NCBI GenBank assembly: GCA_016717115.1
Contig: JADKGE010000001.1
Span: forward strand, 508,584 to 572,583
DNA: 64,000 nt
Source: Actinomycetota bacterium
GTDB taxonomy: Bacteria > Actinomycetota > Actinomycetes > S36-B12
Direction of reading: 5' to 3'
This document shows, piece by piece, positions 43,923 to 52,483 of the stretch. A program made the translations under genes and the position numbers. Each line of letters opens with the position of its first letter. Within the stretch, counting starts at the first letter, position 1. The notes beneath the pieces were generated by a model, which saw only the letters and a program-made list of their open reading frames with translations, did not search any database and had not been told where the DNA came from.

Positions 43923-45317
43923 CTACACCGACGCGTACAACGCCGTTCGCGCGGCGGCGTAGGCCTCGCGCACCCCACGCACCGGCGCGGGGTCGAACGT
44001 CGTGCTGTCGCCGGACCGAGATCCCGACCAGTCGGGTGGCGAGGCTGCTCCGCTGAGCACCCAGGCCGCCTGACGGGCCGCCCCATCGGCCACGTACTCG
44101 CCCGCCGGCGGCACGACCACAGGCACGTCGAACATCGTGGCGGCCACCGCGCCGACAGCGGGATTCGACGCGGCCCCGCCGACGAGCAGCACGCGAGTGG
44201 GCCGGACGCCTACGCCGACGAGGGCGTCCACCGCGTCAGCCAGTCCGCCGAGCATGCCCTCCACCGCCGCCCGTGCCAGGTTCTCGGGAGTGAGGTTGGC
44301 CCTCGAGACGCCCTGGATGGAGCCGCGGGCGTCGGGCAGGTTGGGCGTGCGCTCCCCGTCGAAGTACGGCAGGAGGACGAGGCCGCCGGATCCCGGCTCG
44401 GCCGCGAGGGCCAGCCGCGAGAACCCGTCGAGGTCGACCCCGAGCAGGGCGGCCGTCGAGGTGAGGATGCGCGCGGCGTTGAGCGTGCACACCAGGGGAA
44501 GGAAGTACCCGGTGGCATCGGCGAAGCCCGCGACGAAGCCGGTCGCGTCGGCGGCAGGCGTCGTCGACACGGCGAAGGCGGTGCCCGACGTGCCGAGGGA
44601 GACGACGACGTCGCCCGGGCGCGTGTCCAGGCCCAGCGCCGCCCCCATGTTGTCGCCCGTCCCGGGGCCCAGGGTGATGCCGCCCGCCGTCGTTCCGACC
44701 GCCTCGGCCGGATCCGCCACCCGTGGGACCGCGGGCACATGGCCCAGCGCCAGCTCCAGAAGGTCGGGTCGGTACGCGCCGGAGATCGGAGACCAGTAGC
44801 CGGTGCCCGACGCCTCGCCTCGGTCCGTCACCGCCTCGTCCGGACGACCCGCCAGCACCCAGGTGAGGTAGTCGTGCGGGAGCATCATTCGGGCCGTGCG
44901 AGCGGCCTTGGCCGGTTCGACGCGCGCCATCCAGCGCGCCTTCGTCACGGTGAACGCCGCCACGGGCACGCTGCCGATCGCCTCTGCCCACGCAGCCGGT
45001 CCCCCGAGCTCACGCACGAGATCCGCCGCGTCCTGGGCCGACCGAGTGTCGTTCCACAACAGTGCCGGACGGACGACCTCACCCGACTCGTCCAGAGCCA
45101 CCATTCCGTGCTGCTGCCCGGCGATGGCCAGGGCCTGCACCCCCTCGAGCACCCCGTCGGTGACGGCGTCGAGTGCGTTGAGCCAGGCGGCCGGATCCAC
45201 TTCGGTGCCGTCGGGATGGCCAGCGCGGGCCTCCCGAACGAGGTCGCCCGTCTGCGCATCGCGGACGACGATCTTCACGGACTGCGTCGAGGAGTCGATC
45301 CCAGCTACCAAGGCCAT
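43923..45317 (-). CDS. xylB: xylulokinase
   Basis: ORF 43923..45317. FGGY-kinase N-terminus [18 protein letters not shown]. It lies directly upstream of xylA on the same strand. Confidence 0.9.
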   Translation of the reverse strand: MALVAGIDSSTQSVKIVVRDAQTGDLVREARAGHPDGTEVDPAAWLNALDAVTDGVLEGVQALAIAGQQHGMVALDESGEVVRPALLWNDTRSAQDAADLVRELGGPAAWAEAIGSVPVAAFTVTKARWMARVEPAKAARTARMMLPHDYLTWVLAGRPDEAVTDRGEASGTGYWSPISGAYRPDLLELALGHVPAVPRVADPAEAVGTTAGGITLGPGTGDNMGAALGLDTRPGDVVVSLGTSGTAFAVSTTPAADATGFVAGFADATGYFLPLVCTLNAARILTSTAALLGVDLDGFSRLALAAEPGSGGLVLLPYFDGERTPNLPDARGSIQGVSRANLTPENLARAAVEGMLGGLADAVDALVGVGVRPTRVLLVGGAASNPAVGAVAATMFDVPVVVPPAGEYVADGAARQAAWVLSGAASPPDWSGSRSGDSTTFDPAPVRGVREAYAAARTALYASV

Positions 45318-45444
45318 GGCTGCACGCTTTCACATGCAGAGCCCGGTTTCACGCCGGTTCGACCCTTACCGGGACTTTGCCGCGACATGGGCGGGCCATC
45401 ACGGGCACTGCGCCACCATGGGCAAGCACCCGGCCCATTGAGGC

Positions 45445-46776
45445 ATGATTCGTTCGGAGGTAGGCATGGGCCGTCTAGGGATCGAGACACGGTCGTCGCT
45501 CTCGATGCACCTGTCCGAGTACGGCCCGCTGCCCGCGACCCCGCGCCGACACGGCTCCGAGCCCGGGTCGCTCGTCGACGAGGTCGAGACGGCCGGGCTG
45601 CGCGGGCGCGGGGGCGGCTGGTTCCCCACATCGCGGAAGCTGCGAGCCGTGGTGGAGAGCTCGGCCGGCCGGGGCCGCCTGAACCGGTCGCGCCACCCCG
45701 TCGTCATCGCCAACGGCATGGAGGGCGAGCCGGCGAGCAGCAAGGATGCCGGGCTACTGGCCTCATCCGCGCACCTCGTCTTCGACGGGATCTCCGCGGC
45801 CGCCGCCACCGTCGGCGCCACCAATGCCTTCCTCGCCATCCACCGGGACTCCCCCGTCATCCCGACGCTGCTGAAGGCGCTGGACGAACGCCACGCGGCA
45901 CGTCTGGACCCGCTGGCCATCCACCTGGTCACGCCCCCCGCCAGGTATGTGGCCAGCGAGGAGAGCGCGCTGTCGCACTGGGTCGGCGAGGGTGTCGCCA
46001 CCCCGGTGTACCCCGACCGGCCCTTCCAGAAGGGCGCGGCCGGACGCCCCACACTGGTGCAGAATGTCGAGACCCTGGCCCACCTCGGCCTCATCGCCCG
46101 TCACGGCGGTGCCTGGTTCGCCGAGCTCGGCGCTCCCAGTGCGCCAGGATCGACGCTCGTCACCGTCGGTGGGGCGGTCCGCGATGCTGGCGTCGTCGAA
46201 GTCCCCACCGGCACGCCCGTCCGGCAGATCCTCGAGCTGTGCGGCGGCGCCACCGAGCCGGTGCGCGGCTACCTCACGGGTGGGTACGGAGGTGGCTGGG
46301 TCGCGGCCGACGGCTTCGACACGACCGCGTGGGACCCCGAGTCGATGCGGACCGCAGGAGCGGTCATCGGCGCATCCGTCCTGTGGCTCATCGGCGAGAG
46401 CACCTGCCCGATCGATGAGATGGCGCGCGTCGCGGCCTGGATGGCCGGCGAGAGCGCCGGCCAGTGCGGACCGTGCGTGTATGGCCTGCCGTCCCTGAGC
46501 GACGACGTCCACCAGCTGGCCACTCGGCATGCGGATGCGGCGGACATGGCGCGCCTGGAGAGGCGACTCTCGCTCGTCTCGAACAGGGGGGGCTGCAAGC
46601 ACCCCGACGGAACGGCCCGGTTCGTGTCCACGGGCCTCGCCGCGTTCGCCGACGAGGTGGCCCTCCATCTCGACCGGCGCTGCTCGGTCACCGCGCGCGG
46701 ACAGGGACCAGCGGCCATGCCCGTGCCGCCTGCGCGCCTCGCCCTGGTCGACGTGTCCGGAAGGGACTTCGAGTGA
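45445..46776 (+). CDS. NuoF-like (complex I 51-kDa subunit family) flavoprotein with SLBB and 4Fe-4S regions
   Basis: ORF 45445..46776 (start may be the ATG at 45466). NuoF blocks are present: GLRGRGGGWFPTSRK, GMEGEPASSKD, YVASEESAL, RPTLVQNVETLAHL. The cluster motif reads ESAGQCGPC (first Cys replaced by Ala). Confidence 0.8.
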   Translation: MIRSEVGMGRLGIETRSSLSMHLSEYGPLPATPRRHGSEPGSLVDEVETAGLRGRGGGWFPTSRKLRAVVESSAGRGRLNRSRHPVVIANGMEGEPASSKDAGLLASSAHLVFDGISAAAATVGATNAFLAIHRDSPVIPTLLKALDERHAARLDPLAIHLVTPPARYVASEESALSHWVGEGVATPVYPDRPFQKGAAGRPTLVQNVETLAHLGLIARHGGAWFAELGAPSAPGSTLVTVGGAVRDAGVVEVPTGTPVRQILELCGGATEPVRGYLTGGYGGGWVAADGFDTTAWDPESMRTAGAVIGASVLWLIGESTCPIDEMARVAAWMAGESAGQCGPCVYGLPSLSDDVHQLATRHADAADMARLERRLSLVSNRGGCKHPDGTARFVSTGLAAFADEVALHLDRRCSVTARGQGPAAMPVPPARLALVDVSGRDFE

Positions 46777-47003
46777 GCACCGACGACACTGTCGCGACCT
46801 TGCTGCTGAACCCGACCCTGTGCGACGGCCGCGGGATGTGCCACGACGCTGCTCCCGACCTCATCGAGCTCGACGAGTGGGGATACCCGCTCCTACCGGG
46901 GCACACACTGCGGGCCGACCTCACCAAGGGACAGCTGAAGGCGGCCGAGGACGCCACGCATGCATGCCCCGTGCTCGCCCTTCACATCGAACGGCGGCGG
47001 TAA
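46773..47003 (+). CDS. small ferredoxin
   Basis: In the frame of ORF 46464..47003, starting at GTG 46773 (GTGA overlap with the NuoF-like gene). It shows the LCDGRGMC...ACP pattern of single-cluster ferredoxins. Confidence 0.7.
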   Translation: MSTDDTVATLLLNPTLCDGRGMCHDAAPDLIELDEWGYPLLPGHTLRADLTKGQLKAAEDATHACPVLALHIERRR

Positions 47004-47058
47004 CCCTGGCGTTGCGCTTTGGCCCCGCGGGCCCGAGTGAGGGGGCACACTTCGCCCC

Positions 47059-48498
47059 ATGGACTTCTATGGGCACATCATCGGCGGCGAGGAGGTGCCC
47101 TCCCTCGACGGTTCGACGATGGACGACATCGACCCGTACACGCGCGAGCCGTGGGCGACGATCGCCTGCGGTGGGAAGGCCGACGCGGATCGCGCCGTAG
47201 CCGCCGCTCGGGAGGCCTTCGATGAGGGCCCATGGCCGCGCATGGGCTACGAGAACCGGCAGACCATCTTGCACCGGCTCGCCGATCTCATGGACGAGCA
47301 CGCCGCCGAGCTGGCGATGGCGGACACCCGCGACATGGGCAAGCCGCTCACGCAGGCCCTCCACGACGTGGCGCGAAGCTCATGGAACGTGCGGTTCTTC
47401 GCCGACCACGCGCGGCTGTCCATGGGCGACGCCTATCCGATGGACTCGGGGCACCACGCGTACGCCCGATTCGACCCGGTCGGGGTGGCCGTCGCCATCT
47501 CGCCGTGGAACTTCCCGCTGATGCTCGGCACGTGGAAGGTGGCGCCCGCCCTGGCGTGGGGGAACACGGTCGTGATGAAGCCCGCCGAGGACACGCCGGT
47601 CTCCGCCACCCTCTGGGCCCGCCTCGCCCTCGAGGCGGGCATGCCGCCAGGAGTGCTCAACGTCGTGCACGGCTACGGACCGGACTCGGCCGGCGCTGCG
47701 CTGACGGCGCATCCCGACGTCGACCGCATCACCTTCACGGGCGAGTCCGGCACCGGGAAGGTCATCAGTGGCGCCGCTTCGAGCCATCTGGTTCCGGTCA
47801 GCCTCGAGCTCGGGGGCAAGGGCGCGAACATCGTCTTCGACGACGCCGAGATCGACAACGCGGTGCACTGGGCGGTGCAGGCCATCTTCCGCAACGCGGG
47901 ACAGATCTGCCTGTCCGGCTCGAGGCTCTACCTCCAGGCCGGTATCTACGACGCGTTCGTCGAGCGATTCGTCACCGCGGCCGAGGCGCTGCGGGCCGGC
48001 GATCCGAAGGAACCGGAAACCGAGTTCCCGCTCGCCCTGGCCAGCGAGGAGCACTATCGCAAGGTCAGCGGGTATCTCGACACCGTCCAGGAGGACGGGG
48101 GACGCATCCTCACCGGCGGCCTCGGCGAGGGCTGGAGCGTGCTACCCACGATCATCGTCGATGCTCCCCCGACCGCGCGCGTGTGCCGCGAGGAGATCTT
48201 CGGCCCCGTCTGCGTCGTCCAGAGGTTCGAGTCGGAGGACGAGGCTGTCGCTGCCGCCAACGACACGAGATACGGCCTCAATGCGATGGTGTTCACCGAG
48301 AACCTCTCACGTGCCCATCGCGTGGCCGCTCGCCTTCGCGCCGGCACGGTGTGGGTCAACTGCTTCTTCATCCGCGACCTGCGCGCCCCGTTCGGAGGCG
48401 TCGGCGATTCGGGTGTGGGCCGCGAGGGCGGCAACTTCAGCAGGGAGTTCTTCACCGAGCCCAAGGCCGTGATCATGCAGATCGATCCGGGCTACTGA
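47059..48498 (+). CDS. NAD(P)-dependent aldehyde dehydrogenase
   Basis: ORF 47059..48498. ALDH motifs are present: SLELGGKGANIVF, FTGESGTGK, and the catalytic Cys region NAGQICLSGSRL. Confidence 0.92.
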   Translation: MDFYGHIIGGEEVPSLDGSTMDDIDPYTREPWATIACGGKADADRAVAAAREAFDEGPWPRMGYENRQTILHRLADLMDEHAAELAMADTRDMGKPLTQALHDVARSSWNVRFFADHARLSMGDAYPMDSGHHAYARFDPVGVAVAISPWNFPLMLGTWKVAPALAWGNTVVMKPAEDTPVSATLWARLALEAGMPPGVLNVVHGYGPDSAGAALTAHPDVDRITFTGESGTGKVISGAASSHLVPVSLELGGKGANIVFDDAEIDNAVHWAVQAIFRNAGQICLSGSRLYLQAGIYDAFVERFVTAAEALRAGDPKEPETEFPLALASEEHYRKVSGYLDTVQEDGGRILTGGLGEGWSVLPTIIVDAPPTARVCREEIFGPVCVVQRFESEDEAVAAANDTRYGLNAMVFTENLSRAHRVAARLRAGTVWVNCFFIRDLRAPFGGVGDSGVGREGGNFSREFFTEPKAVIMQIDPGY

Positions 48499-48502
48499 GC
48501 CA

Positions 48503-49180
48503 CTACCCGGCGGGACGCACCGCGTTCGGACGGGTGCGAACGTTCGCCAGGCGTGGAACGCGCATCAATGGCGAGCACTGCGACAGCTGCCTGGTGAGGA
48601 ACGACCTCTCCTGAGCATCGACGGCCAGCCGCCACCGGTACTTCACGCCGATCCACAGCTTCACATAGCCGCACCGCTGCGAGGCGGCAGGCGGCATCCA
48701 CTCGTCCGGCTCGCTGTCCTGCTTGCCGCGATTCGTCGCCATGGTGACGGCGATCAGGGACGCCGCGTAGCCGAGATCGTTGGCGAACGCGTCGCGGGTC
48801 GCCGCCGTCCAGCGCCGGGCCCCGGACGCCCACGCCTCCGCCAGCGGCACGCGATGGTCGATGTCGAAGGAGCCAGCGTCCGCGGTCCGCACCCCGTCAT
48901 ACGTCGACAGCCAGCGTCCGCCCCGCACGTCGCAGTTCACGACTCGACCGGACAGCCGCTCCGCGATCAGCACCTCCTGCCGGGTGTCGCAGCCGTCGCC
49001 GTCGGCATCCCGCCAGTCCGCGAACGCCTCCCGCTCGTACCCAGCGGTGATCTCGGGCGTCACGGGGAGGGAGGTGAGGAGCATCGTCGCCGGCCGACGC
49101 TCAGCCGCATAGGCAGGCGCGGCAGACACTGCGGAGCAGGCCAGCGCCGCCGCCAAGGCGACGACAACCGGGCTTCTCAC
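48503..49180 (-). CDS. secreted DUF1524/HNH (His-Me finger) nuclease-like protein
   Basis: ORF 48503..49216 trimmed to the GTG at 49180 (GTGA overlap with the upstream gene). A signal peptide (VVVALAAALACSAVSAAPAYA) is followed by a DUF1524-like core (FDIDHRVPLAEAW...NDLGYAASLIAVTMATNRGK). Confidence 0.75.
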   Translation of the reverse strand: MRSPVVVALAAALACSAVSAAPAYAAERRPATMLLTSLPVTPEITAGYEREAFADWRDADGDGCDTRQEVLIAERLSGRVVNCDVRGGRWLSTYDGVRTADAGSFDIDHRVPLAEAWASGARRWTAATRDAFANDLGYAASLIAVTMATNRGKQDSEPDEWMPPAASQRCGYVKLWIGVKYRWRLAVDAQERSFLTRQLSQCSPLMRVPRLANVRTRPNAVRPAG

Positions 49181-49611
49181 GTCTCGAAGATAACGCCCTT
49201 GCGAAGGATGAAGCATCCGTACGGCTGGGCATCGAGCGTGTGCACGACCGCGTACGCGTCCTTCGCCCGGTCGTAGAACTCCAGGCGCGGAATCACCCCG
49301 TAGTGCAACGGTCGGCCCTCGCGCTCCGAGGCGAGGGCGAGGAGCTCGTCCTGCACCGGCGTCGTGCGATCCGGATCGTCGTCGACCTCCATGCGCTCCA
49401 GCGGGTGCTCCACGAAGCCGTCGAGCGGGAAGACGCTGAGCAGCGCCCGGGCGGCCCGCAGGATCGACGCCTCGCCGAGCCGGATCACCGGCTTGCCGGA
49501 GGCGGCAGCCGGGTAGTTGCGGTCGACGAGCAGCAGCCGGTCGCCGTGCCCCATGTCGTCGAGGATCTTGAGCAGGTCACCGCTCAGCAGCGGATCGATT
49601 CCCTTGAGCAT
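49177..49611 (-). CDS. RbsD/FucU-family sugar mutarotase
   Basis: C-terminal 144 codons of ORF 49177..49932, starting at the ATG at 49611. MLKGIDPLLSGDLLKILDDMGHGDRLLLVDRNYPA matches the FucU/RbsD N-terminal signature. Confidence 0.85.
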   Translation of the reverse strand: MLKGIDPLLSGDLLKILDDMGHGDRLLLVDRNYPAAASGKPVIRLGEASILRAARALLSVFPLDGFVEHPLERMEVDDDPDRTTPVQDELLALASEREGRPLHYGVIPRLEFYDRAKDAYAVVHTLDAQPYGCFILRKGVIFET

Positions 49612-49624
49612 GGCTACTGATTGC

Positions 49625-49885
49625 TCACTGCGCGTCGAGAGCGATCGCGACCGTCTCCTCCTGAGCGACGAGATTCGCATCGGCGTCGTAGACGCTGACG
49701 GTCTCATCCTCGAGCAGAAGCGTGCCGTCGCTGTCGAGCACGTCGATCGTCTCGTCGACCATCGAGCCTTCGGGTCCCGTGGCGACGACAACGTCGTCCA
49801 CGACCGCCCCGACGACCTCGCCGGCCTCGTCGCGGACCACCGCCACGTCCACTTCCTCGCCGATCTCGATGTCGTCCTCGCCCAT
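49625..49885 (-). CDS. small hyper-acidic hypothetical protein (86 aa)
   Basis: The 3'-terminal 261 nt of the otherwise antisense ORF 49625..52048. The ATG at 49885 is preceded by AGGAGG at optimal spacing. GC3 bias is high. The sequence is MGEDDIEIGEEVDV...ALDAQ, with about 26 Asp/Glu against one Arg by hand count. Confidence 0.65.
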   Translation of the reverse strand: MGEDDIEIGEEVDVAVVRDEAGEVVGAVVDDVVVATGPEGSMVDETIDVLDSDGTLLLEDETVSVYDADANLVAQEETVAIALDAQ

Positions 49886-49987
49886 GGTTCCTCCTGGTGT
49901 CGGCTGGTGGTCCTCCGCCCCGGCGGGCGCACGGCAGTCTACGACCCGCTGCACCGTGATATCGGGTGAACCTGCGGCTACCATCAA

Positions 49988-52483
49988 GTGCCGAAGAGGG
50001 GAGCGGAGATGGTCGATCCCGACATTCCCCTTCCGGACCTCACCGACGAAGCGCAGTACCGACTCCTGTCCGACAACCCCGGCGACATCGTCTATCGCTG
50101 CGGACCCGACCTGCACCTGGTCTGGGTGTCCGAGTCGATCACGTCCGTGCTGGGCTGGACGCCGGCGGAGGTGATCGGTACCGCCATCTCCGACCTCACG
50201 CATCCCGAGGACCGCGCGTCGAACCAGGACCAGGCGGACACGGTTCGCTCGGGGATCCATGTCCCCGAACTGTCGACCGGCACCGTCCCTCCCGTCCGCG
50301 TTCGGGCGCGCGACGGGAGCTACCGATGGGTGTCCGCCATCGGCATCCCCCTGATGAGTGCCGACGGGACCGCCGTCGGTGTCGTGGGCCGCCTGCGAGA
50401 CGTGGACGCGGCCGAGCGATCGGTCCGGGCGCTCGAACACAGCGAGGAACGGCGGCGCACGGCCTTCGACCACCTCCTGGACCCGCTCCTGGTGATGGAA
50501 CCGGTGCGCGACGAAGCGGGCGAGATCATCGACTTCGAGTACGTCGAGGTGAACGAGGCGGCGTGCCTGTACAACACCATGCCGTACGAGCAAATGATCG
50601 GAGCCCGGCTGCTCGATCTCCAGCCCGGCAACCGCGATAGCGGCAGCTTCGCCGAGATCGTCGCCGTCTTCGAGACCGGCGTACCCCTCATCGTCGACAA
50701 CTACCCGTATGAGCAAGAGCTCATGGGTGGCGAGCGCCGCTACTACGACCTCAGGGTCGCCAGGGCCGCCGACGTGCTGATCTACACGTGGCGCGACGGA
50801 ACAGACCGCCGGCTGGCCGAGGAGGCCGTCGCGGAACGAGAGGACCTCTACCGGCTCGTCACCGACGAGGTGACGGACGCGGTCGTTCGCTTCGACGACG
50901 AGGGCCTGGTGACGTGGGTCTCGCCGTCGTTCGAGCGGCTCACCGGGTTCTCGTCCGATGCCGTCATCGGGCAGTCGGGCATGCGACTGCTCCCGCCGCC
51001 CGAGGTGCCCAGCGCTCGCGACCTGCTGACGCGGCGGGTATCCGGCGAAGACACCGGTCCGACGACCCTGCAGATGGTCTGCGCCGACGGGAGCCATCGG
51101 TGGGTGGAGGCGACGTCGCGACCGTTCATCCGCCACGACGGCACCCCGGGGGGATTCGTCGCCGTGCTGCGCGACGTTCAGGAGCAGGTCGACGCCCAGC
51201 TGCGGCACGAGCACGAGACGGGACACGACGCCCTGACGGGCCTCGCCAATCGCGATCTGGCCATCGCCCGACTCAACCGCGCCCTTGACGACATCGGCAA
51301 CAGCCGCGGGCTGATCGCCCTGCTGTCCGTCGGCGTGGACCGTCTCACCACCGTCAACCAGGCCATGAACTACGCCGCAGGCGATCGGGTGCTCTCCACC
51401 GTGGCCGCCCGGCTGGCCGCCGCCGTAGGAGATCCGGACCGGGTGGCGCGGGTTGCCGGCGACGAGTTCGCCATCCTCCTGCCCGGCCTGGTCAGCGTGG
51501 CAGACGCAGCGGCCAAGGCCGAGTGGCTGTGTGCCGCGGCGCGCGGCACCATCACGATCGACGCGCAGGTGATCGAGCCCACGGTGAGCATCGGCGTCGC
51601 CATCGGCGATCGCACATCCACCAGCGAGGAACTCCTCCGCAAGGCCAGCCTCGCCGTGCAGCAGGCCAAGGCGGCTGGTCGGGATCGCTGGCAGTTCGTG
51701 GATGCCGAGCTGGCCCTCGACGCCCAGCGGAGGCTCCGGCTCGAGACCCAGTTGCGCGACGGCGTGCGCGAGGGCCGGATCGTTCCGTGGTACCAGCCGA
51801 TCGTCACGCTGTCCGACCGTCACGTCCACGGCTACGAGGCCCTGGCCCGCTGGGTGCCGCAGGACGGCGAGACGATGCTCCCCCAGGACTTCCTCTCGGT
51901 CGCGGAGAGCACCGGGTTGATCGTCGATATCGACCTCGCCGTGCTGACCCATGCGCTCGACCTTCTCCGGGTGACCCCGATCGAGCACGTCGCCGTGAAC
52001 GTCTCCCCGCCCACCCTTGCAGTCAACGAGTATCCCGATCGATTCCACGATCTACTGACATCGTCCGGGGTCGATCCGACGCGGCTACGGCTCGAAGTGA
52101 CCGAGACCGCCCTGCTCGACGTGGCACCAGCCATCGCCGAGGCGATGCGATCGATGGCCAGCACCGGAGCCACCTGGTACGTCGACGACTTCGGCACCGG
52201 CTTCTCGTCGATCAGTCACCTACGCGACCTGCCCGTCCGCGGCCTGAAGCTCGACCAGTCGTTCACGGCGGGGATCCGCAAGGGCGACGGCACGTGCATC
52301 AAGCTGGCGCAGGGACTCATCGGCCTCGCCGAGGGCCTGGGGCTGGACACCGTCGCGGAGGGCGTCGAGACGGAGTTCGAGGCGGGCGCGCTCCTGGGCC
52401 AAGGCTGGCGCCAGGGCCAGGGCTGGCTCTTCGGCCGCCCCGCAGCGACTGTCCCAGTCAGTCCACCCGGAAGCGCGGGCTGA
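49988..52483 (+). CDS. PAS-PAS-PAS/GGDEF/EAL signalling protein (c-di-GMP turnover)
   Basis: ORF 49988..52483 (alternative ATG at 50009). It has repeated PAS-like blocks and a GGDEF domain with the AGDEF variant (RVAGDEFAILLPG). The EAL domain has YEALARW, DDFGTGFSS, LKLDQSF and EGVETE. Confidence 0.92.
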   Translation: MPKRGAEMVDPDIPLPDLTDEAQYRLLSDNPGDIVYRCGPDLHLVWVSESITSVLGWTPAEVIGTAISDLTHPEDRASNQDQADTVRSGIHVPELSTGTVPPVRVRARDGSYRWVSAIGIPLMSADGTAVGVVGRLRDVDAAERSVRALEHSEERRRTAFDHLLDPLLVMEPVRDEAGEIIDFEYVEVNEAACLYNTMPYEQMIGARLLDLQPGNRDSGSFAEIVAVFETGVPLIVDNYPYEQELMGGERRYYDLRVARAADVLIYTWRDGTDRRLAEEAVAEREDLYRLVTDEVTDAVVRFDDEGLVTWVSPSFERLTGFSSDAVIGQSGMRLLPPPEVPSARDLLTRRVSGEDTGPTTLQMVCADGSHRWVEATSRPFIRHDGTPGGFVAVLRDVQEQVDAQLRHEHETGHDALTGLANRDLAIARLNRALDDIGNSRGLIALLSVGVDRLTTVNQAMNYAAGDRVLSTVAARLAAAVGDPDRVARVAGDEFAILLPGLVSVADAAAKAEWLCAAARGTITIDAQVIEPTVSIGVAIGDRTSTSEELLRKASLAVQQAKAAGRDRWQFVDAELALDAQRRLRLETQLRDGVREGRIVPWYQPIVTLSDRHVHGYEALARWVPQDGETMLPQDFLSVAESTGLIVDIDLAVLTHALDLLRVTPIEHVAVNVSPPTLAVNEYPDRFHDLLTSSGVDPTRLRLEVTETALLDVAPAIAEAMRSMASTGATWYVDDFGTGFSSISHLRDLPVRGLKLDQSFTAGIRKGDGTCIKLAQGLIGLAEGLGLDTVAEGVETEFEAGALLGQGWRQGQGWLFGRPAATVPVSPPGSAG

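Noticed and set aside
48503-49180. The DUF1524/HNH protein as a GmrSD-type type IV restriction (defence) enzyme
   Set aside because: It lacks the N-terminal DUF262 NTPase domain and carries a clear secretion signal, so an intracellular restriction role is unlikely. It is treated as a secreted nuclease-like protein instead.
49886-52048. An 807-aa minus-strand ORF (49625..52048) covering the GGDEF/EAL gene region
   Set aside because: It is antisense to a gene with clear PAS/GGDEF/EAL motifs and its translation is Arg/Gly/His-rich and motif-free. It is a typical long antisense ORF of high-GC DNA. Only its last 261 nt (49625..49885), with their own RBS, are kept as a separate small gene.
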